Source: an uncultured delta proteobacterium (GTDB lineage Bacteria > Desulfobacterota > Syntrophobacteria > BM002). From it: a stretch of 64,000 nucleotides of DNA. Below the pieces are notes generated by a model. The model was not told the origin of the DNA and searched no databases. It saw only the letters and a program-made list of their open reading frames with translations. Where the stretch lies: the NCBI GenBank assembly GCA_963712115.1, contig CAVQGX010000046.1:1-64000 (forward strand), read 5' to 3'. Of the stretch, positions 9,847-18,759 are shown one piece after another (within the stretch, counting starts at the first letter, position 1; each line of letters opens with the position of its first letter). A program made the translations under genes and the position numbers.

Positions 9847-10404
9847 TTAGCTTCTAAACGCAATCTCCAGCTGAAGCCTAATTTCCAGAAGCTCTGAAGG
9901 CTCCCGCCCTCGTCCAACGCTCAACTCGGCGACTTTCACGTAAAACGGCTGTTTTTCGAGGGAGCTAATGAATTCACCCAGCTGCTCATACCGCCCTCGA
10001 ATACCGAGATTAAGAACAAGTTGGCGAAATTCTCCCACTTTGCCGCCCTGCGTGCGCAAAGCGGTGTCTTTCCCCGGTCGAATGTTTTGAATTTGAAGAC
10101 CCTTAGTTTTGGCCTGTCTACTCACTTCGTGGATTAGCTCCGCAACCTCAGCCTTGTAGGAAAGTGCTTGTTCCAGTTCAGCTACCTGCCGCCTCTTTTT
10201 GATCAAATTAGAATTCAGGGAGTTAAATTCCACCAGCTTAGGACCGATGCTCGTGGTCTGCTTATTTAACTCCTCAAGCTCAGCGCGAAGCTTGCGCACC
10301 TTCTTGGTGTGTGGCTCGAGCACGAATTGGTTGATAACAAAGACAATCGCTACCAGGCCGACCACAGCGGTGATTATCTTTTCTCTTGTACTCAGTTCCT
10401 TCAT
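9847..10404 (-). CDS. pilO: PilO/MshJ-like pilus assembly protein
   Basis: LSTREK + TM, coiled coil, GRYEQLGEFISSLE ferredoxin-like C-terminus; follows PilM-PilN. Confidence 0.8.
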   Translation of the reverse strand: MKELSTREKIITAVVGLVAIVFVINQFVLEPHTKKVRKLRAELEELNKQTTSIGPKLVEFNSLNSNLIKKRRQVAELEQALSYKAEVAELIHEVSRQAKTKGLQIQNIRPGKDTALRTQGGKVGEFRQLVLNLGIRGRYEQLGEFISSLEKQPFYVKVAELSVGRGREPSELLEIRLQLEIAFRS

Positions 10405-10435
10405 TCAGCGCTCCGAGCTTTCCGCATTCCAGGTC

Positions 10436-10500
10436 TGTGGGAGCGGCTTTCCCCGCCCGCCTCGCCTGAGCGTCTCGCGATGGCGGGCAGGTAGCCGCGA
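10436..10500. repeat. GTRG-type REP palindrome interrupted by a 40-bp GC-rich palindrome
   Basis: tgtgggagcggctttc[cccgcccgcc...ggcgggcagg]tagccgcga; insert recurs in reverse at 44532-44608. Confidence 0.6.
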
Positions 10501-10583
10501 CTTCTTACGCTGACCTGGCTAAACAGTCTCAACCGGCTCAACTGGCAAAACCGACTAAACTGACTAAACCGGCAAACCCAAAA

Positions 10584-12278
10584 TCACTTAAGAGTGCAGC
10601 CAAGCTCGAAAGCCAATGCTGCCGCTCTGGGGGCTTTCTGATCTCCAGCACTTTCGAGCTCGACATCCGAAAAGATTTTTGCTTTTCCCAGCTCCTCCAT
10701 AAAGTTGGTGAGCATGGGAAAAGCTTCTTCTTTTTCACCGTAAATCAGACCTTGCAGCTTAACTTCGAGTCCACTCTCCTCCTTTTTCTTGAAATCCATG
10801 TTTGTCAGCGACATATTTTCTGGAATTTTCTGGCTGATGAGTCGCAAGGCTGCAGCTACCCGAGGAACTCGAAGATCCAGGTTCGGCATCTCGGCGAGCC
10901 TGGCATCGAGTTGACTATTTTCTGCTTGCACCCGCTCGTGTTCCTGAAAAATATATTTATATTGTTCAAAGGCGGTCTTTTTGATATTCACCGCACTGCG
11001 AAGAGAGGCAACCTGCCGATGGCTTTGCCAGGCGTACTGGCCCAGGGGGAACAAAAACAGCAGGCCCAAAGTAGCATAGGCCACCGGTGCCCACACACTC
11101 CACCTTTTTCGATGGGGTTGCAGGTCAAGGGGAAGAAGGTTGAATCGTTCTCTTAAGGGCAGGGAGAGGCCCACTGCCACTGTAAATACCGGTCGAGTTG
11201 CCGCGTCCAGTTCTGAGAATGCCGTGCTATCCTGGAAAATAATTGGCGCCAGGGGGTCCAGAAAACCGACCTTTAGGTCAAATCTTTCTGCAAAGAAGGT
11301 CTCGATTCCTTTCAGTTGAGCCCCTCCACCTGCCAACAAAAGCCTGGTTATGGTTTCACCCTGGAATTGAAAAGCGTAGTAGTCAAAGGAACGGGAGATC
11401 TCGGTCTCTAGCTTCTCGAGCACCGGCCGAATCCTTATGGCCACCTGTGAGAGAGGTATTCCTTCAGCCGTTTTGCCCCGGTCTTCCACTGAAGGAATTC
11501 CGTGCTGCCGCTTAAGGCTTTCAGCCTGAGCGGTATTCAATTCAATCTCCTGCTTACCTGCCCGAATCATACCTGTCAATGCCATGGTGAATGCATCACC
11601 AGAGGTTGGAACATACCGAGAAAATTGGAGCTCCCGCCCATGAAAAATGTGAATGCTGGTTTTACGAGCTCCAAGGTCAAGGACCGCTATGGATCCCTCC
11701 TCACCCTCTCCCAAATTAGTGTTTTGCCACAACTGTTCAAGGGCATGCGGCTCAGCCATCAGACCTACGGGCTCGAGACCCGCTTCATGAAGTAACTCAA
11801 CGTGCTCCATGACCGTTTCTCTGGTGGCTGCCGCAACCAGCACTTCCTGTTTGGTTTGACCACCACTTTCGTCCCTTGAGAGTACCTGGAAGGCGAGCAT
11901 GGCATCCTCCAGGGAAAAGGGAAAAAGCTCGCCAGCCTGCCAGCGGATGGCCTCTTGAATTTCCTCTTCCGGGATGTTTGGCAGGCTCAACCTCCGTGCA
12001 GCAACGCCATTGCCGGCTAAGCCAACCACCGCCTGTTTGTTCTTGATCCGACCTTCCTGAATCATCTCTTTCAGTTGAGCCGCAAGTACCGAAATCTGAA
12101 AACCTCCAGGAGGAGCGAAAGCCGTGGCGTGGTGCACGATATCCATTCCCCTGGGAGTAATTCGCAACTCAACTATCTTGATTGTGTGATTGCCTATATC
12201 AATGCCCAGGTGGCTTTTGCCCGGCCCCCTCAGCTTGCCCAGGATATCGGGAGTTTTCAGTCTAGATAGTTTTGCCAT
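10584..12278 (-). CDS. pilM: PilM-PilN fusion (MshI-like)
   Basis: Actin-like LGIDIG, VLDLGA, LLAGGGAQLKG; then FNLLP, TM, coiled coil and PilN-like domain. Confidence 0.85.
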   Translation of the reverse strand: MAKLSRLKTPDILGKLRGPGKSHLGIDIGNHTIKIVELRITPRGMDIVHHATAFAPPGGFQISVLAAQLKEMIQEGRIKNKQAVVGLAGNGVAARRLSLPNIPEEEIQEAIRWQAGELFPFSLEDAMLAFQVLSRDESGGQTKQEVLVAAATRETVMEHVELLHEAGLEPVGLMAEPHALEQLWQNTNLGEGEEGSIAVLDLGARKTSIHIFHGRELQFSRYVPTSGDAFTMALTGMIRAGKQEIELNTAQAESLKRQHGIPSVEDRGKTAEGIPLSQVAIRIRPVLEKLETEISRSFDYYAFQFQGETITRLLLAGGGAQLKGIETFFAERFDLKVGFLDPLAPIIFQDSTAFSELDAATRPVFTVAVGLSLPLRERFNLLPLDLQPHRKRWSVWAPVAYATLGLLFLFPLGQYAWQSHRQVASLRSAVNIKKTAFEQYKYIFQEHERVQAENSQLDARLAEMPNLDLRVPRVAAALRLISQKIPENMSLTNMDFKKKEESGLEVKLQGLIYGEKEEAFPMLTNFMEELGKAKIFSDVELESAGDQKAPRAAALAFELGCTLK

Positions 12279-12341
12279 GCCTTGCGCCTTGAGCCCTATG
12301 CCATTGTTTTCATACGCTCTGCGCCATGCGCTATGCGTCTT

Positions 12342-12620
12342 TCATAACAGCTTCGGTTGTTTCAAATCCTCCAACGCCCTCTCATAAGCGGTCCGGTATC
12401 GGAAGCCTTGCTGGAGGTATTTCCAGATGGCACGAACCTTGTCCACTTCTCGAGCCGGATAAAAGCGAAATGTCTTCTCGCCCCGTCGCTCTGTTTCCGG
12501 TTTAACAAAGGCCTTCTGCTCCAGGTAATAGAGCTTTTGGCGAGGGATCCCTACCTCATGTACGACTTCCGATGTTGTCTTCATGATAAACGCCCAGCTA
12601 TGAGTGAAGGTTGATGCCAT
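12342..12620 (-). CDS. Small MerR/BldC-like winged-HTH regulator
   Basis: TSEVVHEVGIPRQKLYYLEQ..FRFYP..EVDKVRAI..QGF; no effector domain; first gene of the pilM operon (start could be 12584). Confidence 0.75.
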   Translation of the reverse strand: MASTFTHSWAFIMKTTSEVVHEVGIPRQKLYYLEQKAFVKPETERRGEKTFRFYPAREVDKVRAIWKYLQQGFRYRTAYERALEDLKQPKLL

Positions 12621-12638
12621 TTACCTTTCCATTAAATT

Positions 12639-14224
12639 GAGACTGTTCAATAATTCAGTTTTAGCAATGGGCTGATCTTTTCATATCTTCTGAACATGAA
12701 GATTATATCTTGGGTCAAGGAGATATCATGCTCAATCACATGCATCAACACGTTATCCATACCCATGTAAGTGTTGGTGTGTTCCATGCGATAGCGGTTT
12801 TCCTTGACCAGACCATAGTTCCTTTCAATTGCTGTTCGCATGGGTTTGAGTTTTTTGTAAATGATTGACCCTGGGATGGCAGGGCCGTATTTTCGGTAAC
12901 CGTCTTTGAACCTGGTGTAATAAATCAGCCCATTGGGAAACGAGCTTTTCAGATATGGGCAATCAAAGGTCATTTGCTCTGTTCTTTGACAAATTTTACG
13001 ACACGCGTATTTGCTGCGTTTTCTGGCATAGTCAACAACTACCCTGCTCATCTGTTGGCCCCAGATGCAGAGCGGAATACCATCGGCAGTAAAGCCTTTC
13101 GGATATACGGTCTTTTTCCGAATGATGACAGGGATGATTTCATAGTCTTCGTAGAGTTTCTGGTGGATCGGTTCTGTATCATAGCCCCGGTCTAGGACAA
13201 TGTAAGCTATCTTCATCTCAGGGAAGCGTTTGCGAAACTCATCTAGGAGAGGAAACAGGTAATCTTGGTCTGATGCATTCCTCGGGCTGCTTTCGCTTAC
13301 CAGCGGTACTCCGGTAATGGTTATAAGCGAATGGGCCTTGTGGCCAATGGGAAACTTATCCCGGTGATGGGGGCGGCCAAAAGTAACCGAAGGATCAGTG
13401 AAGAGCCAGGTGCCATCTAGTTGCTTCTTGCCATTGGTTGAGCAATAAGCCCGGATGGTGGTTGAGTCAGCGATCACAATGAGTCCTTTTCGCCGATTCT
13501 TTGGGAGCATCGGCAGCTTTGGATCAAGCAGCTTGAGCTCGTGGGCACAGCGGACAAAACCCCCATGGATCTGGCCATAGCCTCCAACTCCCAGAGTCTT
13601 TCTCAAGGTAGAGTAGGTGTTATGAGCTGGCACTTTGCCATCGGAAAACCCGCACAGTCTTCGATAGGTGGCAACCTCTTTGAGTCGCTGAGCCAGGATG
13701 CGGTCCGAGATGAAGACTTGTTTCACCTTGAGGATGCGAGAGAGAACCAGCCAAACGCCATAGCCCTTTGGGCCACGACTGCCAAAAGCCTTTTCAACCA
13801 CAGTGGCAATAGGCTGAGTATCGATGTTGAGAAAGTAGTTGACCAGATCATTTTTACGATCGGCAAGATCTGCTCCAGCACTGGAGATCGTCCCAAAGGG
13901 GATTTGGATTTCTCCCATGGTGGCACCTCACAAGCTGTTCAATAAAAACCCAGGGGGGTGTTCAATAATTCATGGTGCCAGATTGTGGGAAGAAATCAAA
14001 GAAAACCTATTGATTCTACTTAGAATTACCGAAAATTACTTGTCAAAGAGCAATGTCTGTCACCCCTGAAAAAGTGGGGATGACTTTTCCCCAAAAATGG
14101 GGATAACTTTGTATGTCATTAGCGCTTTTTACTCATGAAATTAATGTAAAAGTGGGGATAACTACCCCAAAGGTACCTCTATAACTCATTGAGTTTACAC
14201 TAATAAAAATTATTGAACAGTCTC
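12639..14224 (-). mobile_element. Complete insertion sequence, IS1182/IS5-like, 1586 bp
   Basis: Perfect 17-bp terminal IR GAGACTGTTCAATAATT (12639-12655 / 14208-14224), AAATT direct repeats at 12634-12638 and 14225-14229, single transposase. Confidence 0.9.
12647..13918 (-). CDS. DDE transposase (IS1182-like, Cys-rich insertion domain)
   Basis: N-terminal SDR.L..L..YRRLCGF..P.HNT; D (ADSTT), D (LDRGYD), E (R..IERNYG); stop codon lies inside the IR. Confidence 0.88.
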   Translation of the reverse strand: MGEIQIPFGTISSAGADLADRKNDLVNYFLNIDTQPIATVVEKAFGSRGPKGYGVWLVLSRILKVKQVFISDRILAQRLKEVATYRRLCGFSDGKVPAHNTYSTLRKTLGVGGYGQIHGGFVRCAHELKLLDPKLPMLPKNRRKGLIVIADSTTIRAYCSTNGKKQLDGTWLFTDPSVTFGRPHHRDKFPIGHKAHSLITITGVPLVSESSPRNASDQDYLFPLLDEFRKRFPEMKIAYIVLDRGYDTEPIHQKLYEDYEIIPVIIRKKTVYPKGFTADGIPLCIWGQQMSRVVVDYARKRSKYACRKICQRTEQMTFDCPYLKSSFPNGLIYYTRFKDGYRKYGPAIPGSIIYKKLKPMRTAIERNYGLVKENRYRMEHTNTYMGMDNVLMHVIEHDISLTQDIIFMFRRYEKISPLLKLNY

Positions 14225-14244
14225 AAATTTGTGAAATATGTAGG

Positions 14245-14362
14245 TTAAGTTCAAATTTAAATTTATCCTCATCAGGGTAAAAAAAAAGGTATTACTGCGC
14301 TTTTCGCTTTTGTAGAATGATGTTTAATTTTAAGTTTAAACTTATCCTAATGGAGCAAAAAA
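14245..14362. promoter_or_regulatory. Two degenerate ~38-bp direct repeats built of TTAART-like hexamers (candidate operators)
   Basis: ttaagt-tcaaat-ttaaat-ttatcc (14245) and ttaatt-ttaagt-ttaaac-ttatcc (14324); perfect palindrome TAAGTTTAAACTTA at 14331-14344. Confidence 0.5.
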
Positions 14363-14372
14363 CATATGTCAA
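14344..14372 (-). promoter_or_regulatory. Putative sigma-70 promoter of the MerR-pilM...mshE operon
   Basis: Minus strand TTGACA-17 bp-TAGGAT with AT-rich upstream tract; points toward the operon across the IS. Confidence 0.6.
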
Positions 14373-14446
14373 TAATTTTTTTATACATTTTTTGTTTTTC
14401 ATGATTTGGGTTTGCCGGTTGGGTCAGTTGAGCCGGCCATTTAAAG

Positions 14447-14640
14447 AAATCCCCCCTACCCCCCTAACCTGAACTTCCCTCCCCCTTGACGGGGGAGGGT
14501 TAGGGTGGGGGTGATCCCCCTCCCCGTGCAACCACGAACATGGGTTACCTATGTACCAGGTTCAGACCCCCCTCTATCCCCTCCCGCCAGGGGAGGGGAA
14601 GGTAGTTGTGGGAGAGGGGATTTAGGGGATTGGGGGATTT
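14447..14640. repeat. Nested C/G-run palindromic repeats
   Basis: aaatccccccta...taggggattgggggattt enclosing ccctcccccttgacgggggaggg and cccctcccgccaggggagggg hairpins. Confidence 0.6.
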
Positions 14641-14658
14641 TGAAGGATCATTTGGCTG

Positions 14659-14793
14659 CACATTCGTCATACCGGACGAGACAAAGGCGAGATCCGGTAT
14701 CCAGATAGCTTTCTTTCCTGGATTTCGGATATCCACCTCCGGCGGATTCCGGAATGACGGGGGAGAAAAAACGGGCGGGGAAAAACCCCGCCC
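14659..14793. repeat. REP-like composite element, left copy flanking the TA module
   Basis: gtcataccgga...ccggaatgac palindrome plus gggcgggg..ccccgccc hairpin; near-identical copy at 15543-15724. Confidence 0.8.
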
Positions 14794-14883
14794 CTACTTC
14801 TTAAACTGAATACAACTGACTACAAACCACCCGGCTAAACTGGTTAAACTGATTTTCGTAGGGCCGGTCCAGAAAGCCATTAC

Positions 14884-14922
14884 TTGACTTTCTTAATTTA
14901 TTAATTTAGTATTTTAATAAAT
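14884..14922 (+). promoter_or_regulatory. TA promoter with palindromic operator
   Basis: TTGACT-17-TAGTAT; inverted repeat ATTTATTAA(14896-14904)/TTAATAAAT(14914-14922) brackets the -10 box. Confidence 0.6.
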
Positions 14923-14944
14923 ATGTAATTTAAGGAGAATACAA

Positions 14945-15205
14945 GTGCTAAGAAAAATCACCAGAAATGGTCAACTTTCCATCCCCAAGACCTTCCTCAA
15001 TCATTTCCACCTGCAAGCGGGTGACTACGTGGACATTGAATGTGGTGCGTCTGCCATTCTTATCAAGCCGGTCACAATTGAGGAATTCTCACCGGAAGAC
15101 TATGAGAAGCTAGCCGCTAAACTCGCGCAGGTAGAAGAAGAAAAAGGCCGCACTTTTCCAGATTCTGAGTCTGCCAGAGAACATCTCAAGAAGATGATGA
15201 AATAG
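14945..15205 (+). CDS. AbrB/MazE/SpoVT-family antitoxin
   Basis: KITRNGQLSIPK..HLQAGDYVDI..ILIKP; AAGGAG RBS before GTG. Confidence 0.85.
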   Translation: MLRKITRNGQLSIPKTFLNHFHLQAGDYVDIECGASAILIKPVTIEEFSPEDYEKLAAKLAQVEEEKGRTFPDSESAREHLKKMMK

Positions 15206-15207
15206 CA

Positions 15208-15483
15208 GTGCGATACGAGTTCAAGACCAGCTTTGACCGCAGGTTCAAGAAGCTGTCGCCTACACGGCAGCAGAAGGCGTACGACGCTATTGATACTCTC
15301 ATGAACTATTTTGACGGTCTGACGCCGCTGCCCAAAGGACTCGGCCTCAAGAACTGGAAGGGTGACTACTGGGAAATCCGCTCTACTCTAAAGGACCGCA
15401 TCCTTTTTAAGTTCGAGGACCACATAGTCTTCCTGTTCATCGGCAGTCACGATGAAATCAGGTCTTTTATGAAGAGTAAGTAG
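15208..15483 (+). CDS. RelE/ParE-superfamily toxin
   Basis: SFDRRFKKL, WEIR..DRILF, FIGSHDE; directly after the antitoxin. Confidence 0.82.
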   Translation: MRYEFKTSFDRRFKKLSPTRQQKAYDAIDTLMNYFDGLTPLPKGLGLKNWKGDYWEIRSTLKDRILFKFEDHIVFLFIGSHDEIRSFMKSK

Positions 15484-15542
15484 TGGGGCTCCCGCCTCCG
15501 TCCCTGCCATTTGTTTTATCCCGGTTATCATTTCAGCCACTA

Positions 15543-15724
15543 CACATTCGTCATACCGGACGAGTCCGCCTACGGCGGACGAGATCCGTGGTTCGACAGG
15601 CTCACCACCCTGAGCGAAGTCGAAGGGGTATCCAGATAGCTTTCTTTCCTGGATTTCGGATATCCACCTTCGGCGGATTCCGGAATGACGGGGGAGAAAA
15701 AACGGGCGGGGTTTATCCCCGCCC
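15543..15724. repeat. REP-like composite element, right copy with a 39-bp insertion
   Basis: Matches 14659-14793 except for tggttcgacaggctc...gtcgaaggg at 15589-15627 and a swapped small hairpin. Confidence 0.8.
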
Positions 15725-15823
15725 GTCTCAGTGCCTAGTGCTTAGTGTCTAGTGCCTAGTGTTCACACCGGCTAAACTGGCTAACTGGCAAACAGGCTAA
15801 ACCGACTCAACCGGCATAACCGA

Positions 15824-16150
15824 CTACGGCGTACACCCGTAGCCTTGCTCGCGACAGAATCTTGAGGCAAGCACCCTCGCTCCATCTCCGTAAGTGCCGG
15901 TGGAAGTAACGGTGACGCACATGTTGGTGCCGCCTTCGGGACAACTTCCGTATGCACAGTAGTCAGAGAAAGTTACGGAAAAACTTCCATTACCAAGACT
16001 CTTCGTCTGATCGGTCAATGAACTCCATGGCACGAGATCGCTCAAATACTTGCCGGCCCAATTGATCCCGCCCTCGGCCACATAGAGGGCACTGCTTGAC
16101 TGAGCCTTAACCAGCACCGACTTCTGCTTGGTAGCCATCATCCTCGCCAT
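15824..16150 (-). CDS. PilX/MshP-like minor pilin, apparently lacking its N-terminal hydrophobic helix
   Basis: SALYVAEGGINWA, GSFSV, VTSTGTYG..R motifs; no prepilin leader or TM; overlaps the YfhO stop. Confidence 0.6.
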   Translation of the reverse strand: MARMMATKQKSVLVKAQSSSALYVAEGGINWAGKYLSDLVPWSSLTDQTKSLGNGSFSVTFSDYCAYGSCPEGGTNMCVTVTSTGTYGDGARVLASRFCREQGYGCTP

Positions 16151-18516
16151 GGAGTACCCAACGTTACTCTCCTCCTTCTTGTGAGGATAACCCAGAAGGT
16201 CACAAGCATCACTACGGTCAAAAGGCTCACCGCCAGCCCCACCTTGAAGGTCAATGGTTGGTAGACCACCTCAATACGGTGGGATCCAGGTCCCACTGGG
16301 ATGGCACGAAAAACGTAATTAGCCCGGAGGATCTCTTCCTCTCTGCCGTCAACGTATGCCTTCCAACCTGGGTAATGCGCCTCACTCATAAAGAGGAAGG
16401 CTGCATCAGGGGTGTTCACTTCCAGAACAATCCTGTTGTTCTCGTAGGTGATCATCCTAACCGTTGACTCCAGGTTTGGCACGAATGGTTGCTTTTTCAA
16501 CTCAATAAAGCGCTTTGGTACGCCCTCCAGCAGAATTGTACTTCCCGGATCGAAGGTGAGCTCAATGAAGGCCCTAGCATACTCCTGCTCACTATTGAGC
16601 ACCTGGAACTCCTTTACCAAAAAGGCCCGGGCTAGGCTATATTCATTCTCATACAGCTTGCTCGTCGCTGGCCCGTCCGAGACCCTAGACAACCCTTGCA
16701 GCTCAACCGGCTTTTCCGTCAGCACATACTTTACATTGAGCATGTCTAGCAGAGGGAGAATCGAGGCCAAAGGTTTGCTGAGCATTAGGCTAAGAAATCT
16801 TTCATAGCGAGGCTGCAGCGGTACATTATAGCCGCTGATATCGAAAAGATGATGCTCCATCATCAAATCGTTACCGAGCAATTTCTTGCGGTTCTGGTAA
16901 GCCTCCCCATAAGATTTCGCTGGGATATGCAAGTCCCTTGCCTCTGGGAGCACATGAAACCGAAAGAGATCGGGATCAGCCTTAAGAGTGCGAATAGTGT
17001 TATTTTCTTCGTGAAAGGTGGCGGCATCGAGTTTAAGGGCATAACCACGGTTTCCCAGAAATAGGTCCAGGGTCAGCAACATAAGTAGAAGTGGACTGCC
17101 CAACCGGACCAGTCTGTGGCGCAGGCCAAAAAAAACTACTAACAAAACCAGGGCGGTCACCGCCAGCATCCTGTTGAAATTGTGCAGGACCAAGGGCAGA
17201 TAAGCAGATTCTGAAAAAGTCCCACCCCATTGGTGCGCCAATGATTGCATCTGTTCCGGGTGAAGACGGGCCACCCAGAAAAGCGCTGCCAGAACCAGTA
17301 TCACACTGATCAACAGTCCCTGACACCAATAAGGAGGATGGCGATTTTCTGAAAAGCGCTGGCGAACAACATCCAAACCCAAACCACTAGCAACGCACAG
17401 ATAAAAAACGAAGAGGAAGAGAAATTTTACAGGGTAGCGGAAGGTTGCAAACAGTGGAACATATTTATGAAAAAAGGGATAGAGCGGAGTTTGGCCCCCG
17501 AAAGCAAAGACCAGAGTAAGCCCCAAAACCGCAAGCAAGGCGACACCGCGCTTGCCCTGCCGGAAAAAGTATATACCAGCTAAGCACAAAACCACTGGAC
17601 CAACATAAATGGTCTTAAGATAATTTTGATACTTCCAGTAAAGATCCGGAGTCATACGTGGGCCATAGAGAGAAGGCAGAAGAAAATATATCAGATCCCG
17701 CGGTGCCAGGGACCAGAGCGTCGCTTCCTGCAAACTTACCCCCCCATAACGATGACTTTGCTCATAGAGTTCTAGAAAGGGCAGAATCTGAACCATGGAG
17801 AGTCCTAAGAAAGTCAACAGGACGAGACCGTGGTTGACCAAGCGGCGTTGCAGATTGGAGATGTCTTCCGCCTCCTTGAGTGGCAGTATCTTAGGATAAA
17901 GGCAAAGAAAGAGAAGACTCGCCAGCGTTAAAAGAACAATCTCCATGCCGCCGCCAAGAAACATGCAACAGAGGCTGACCCCGGAGGCTATGGCCCAGCG
18001 AATCAATCCGCTTCGAACCATTCGACAACCGCACAACATCACCAGCGGATACCAAGTAACAGACAAAAGGGTATTGAGCACATTGTGAACAGAAATAAGG
18101 TAACCACCGAAGAGCAAGGCGAAGGTGCCTGCCAGAGCCGCCTGGCTGCTGGCCCCCAGTTCTCTCATCAACAGGTAAGTGAATGCACCAGCCAGGAAGA
18201 AATGGAAGATAATGGTCCAGTTGAAGGCCAAATCCAGAGGCAGGAAAAGGTAAGGCAGACTCAAGGGATAAAGCACACCAGCCTGAATGGTAGCGAAAAT
18301 TGGTACACCACACTTTATGTATGGGTTCCAAAAAGGGAAATGACCCTGAAGAACGGTTTCAACCCAGAGAAAACGAAAGGGATAAAAAAAGGTGGTAAGG
18401 TCTCGTTCCACCAACAGGACCTTGCCGGTGAGAACGTCGTAGAAGTAGAGCACAGTGAGGACGAAGAGGCCCAGAATCACCAGAATTTTCTTTATTGCTG
18501 GATCCCGGAGCGACAT
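16138..18516 (-). CDS. YfhO-family multi-pass membrane protein (GT-C glycosyltransferase-like)
   Basis: DL..FFYP, PFWNPY..G.P.FA..Q.GVLYP, FRYP.KF, C-terminal HYPGWKAYVDG..RANYVFRAI..GSHRIE. Confidence 0.85.
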   Translation of the reverse strand: MSLRDPAIKKILVILGLFVLTVLYFYDVLTGKVLLVERDLTTFFYPFRFLWVETVLQGHFPFWNPYIKCGVPIFATIQAGVLYPLSLPYLFLPLDLAFNWTIIFHFFLAGAFTYLLMRELGASSQAALAGTFALLFGGYLISVHNVLNTLLSVTWYPLVMLCGCRMVRSGLIRWAIASGVSLCCMFLGGGMEIVLLTLASLLFLCLYPKILPLKEAEDISNLQRRLVNHGLVLLTFLGLSMVQILPFLELYEQSHRYGGVSLQEATLWSLAPRDLIYFLLPSLYGPRMTPDLYWKYQNYLKTIYVGPVVLCLAGIYFFRQGKRGVALLAVLGLTLVFAFGGQTPLYPFFHKYVPLFATFRYPVKFLFLFVFYLCVASGLGLDVVRQRFSENRHPPYWCQGLLISVILVLAALFWVARLHPEQMQSLAHQWGGTFSESAYLPLVLHNFNRMLAVTALVLLVVFFGLRHRLVRLGSPLLLMLLTLDLFLGNRGYALKLDAATFHEENNTIRTLKADPDLFRFHVLPEARDLHIPAKSYGEAYQNRKKLLGNDLMMEHHLFDISGYNVPLQPRYERFLSLMLSKPLASILPLLDMLNVKYVLTEKPVELQGLSRVSDGPATSKLYENEYSLARAFLVKEFQVLNSEQEYARAFIELTFDPGSTILLEGVPKRFIELKKQPFVPNLESTVRMITYENNRIVLEVNTPDAAFLFMSEAHYPGWKAYVDGREEEILRANYVFRAIPVGPGSHRIEVVYQPLTFKVGLAVSLLTVVMLVTFWVILTRRRRVTLGTPWRG

Positions 18517-18591
18517 TACTGAAAGGCACTTAGGGTAAGTAGGGCCTAGTTGGGTCGGCAGAAAATTAATCGCCAGGAAAAACCCTTTAAA

Positions 18592-18618
18592 GAGAGGGGG
18601 CCCGACCGTCCCCCTCTC
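18592..18618 (-). terminator. GC hairpin downstream of the pilin gene
   Basis: GAGAGGGGG-9 nt-CCCCCTCTC followed by only a short U run. Confidence 0.5.
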
Positions 18619-18637
18619 GCTTGATCATTTCTGTGCA

Positions 18638-18714
18638 CCGCTAGATCGAGAAAGGTAGTAACCCCAACCTCAGGGCTTACCCTGGTCATTCTTGCCAGGT
18701 TTCCCGTCTAGCGG
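18638..18714 (-). other. Candidate structured RNA (three-way junction) in the pilin 3' region
   Basis: CCGCTAGA/TCTAGCGG, CGGGAAA/TTTCTCG, CCTGG/CCAGG, GTAAGCCC/GGGGTTAC helices. Confidence 0.4.
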
Positions 18715-18759
18715 AATCCCCGTATAAGTGAAGGTAAGTTCTCAGCAGAATATCTTTAA

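Noticed and set aside
14225-14440. c-di-GMP riboswitch ahead of pilus genes
   Set aside because: No GEMM-type GCAAA/GNRA architecture seen here or upstream of the pilin.
14505-15752. ORFs 14505-14708, 14545-14736, 14606-14809 and 15483-15752
   Set aside because: Translations of REP-like repeats; the same peptide GIQIAFFPGFRIST recurs from the duplicated element.
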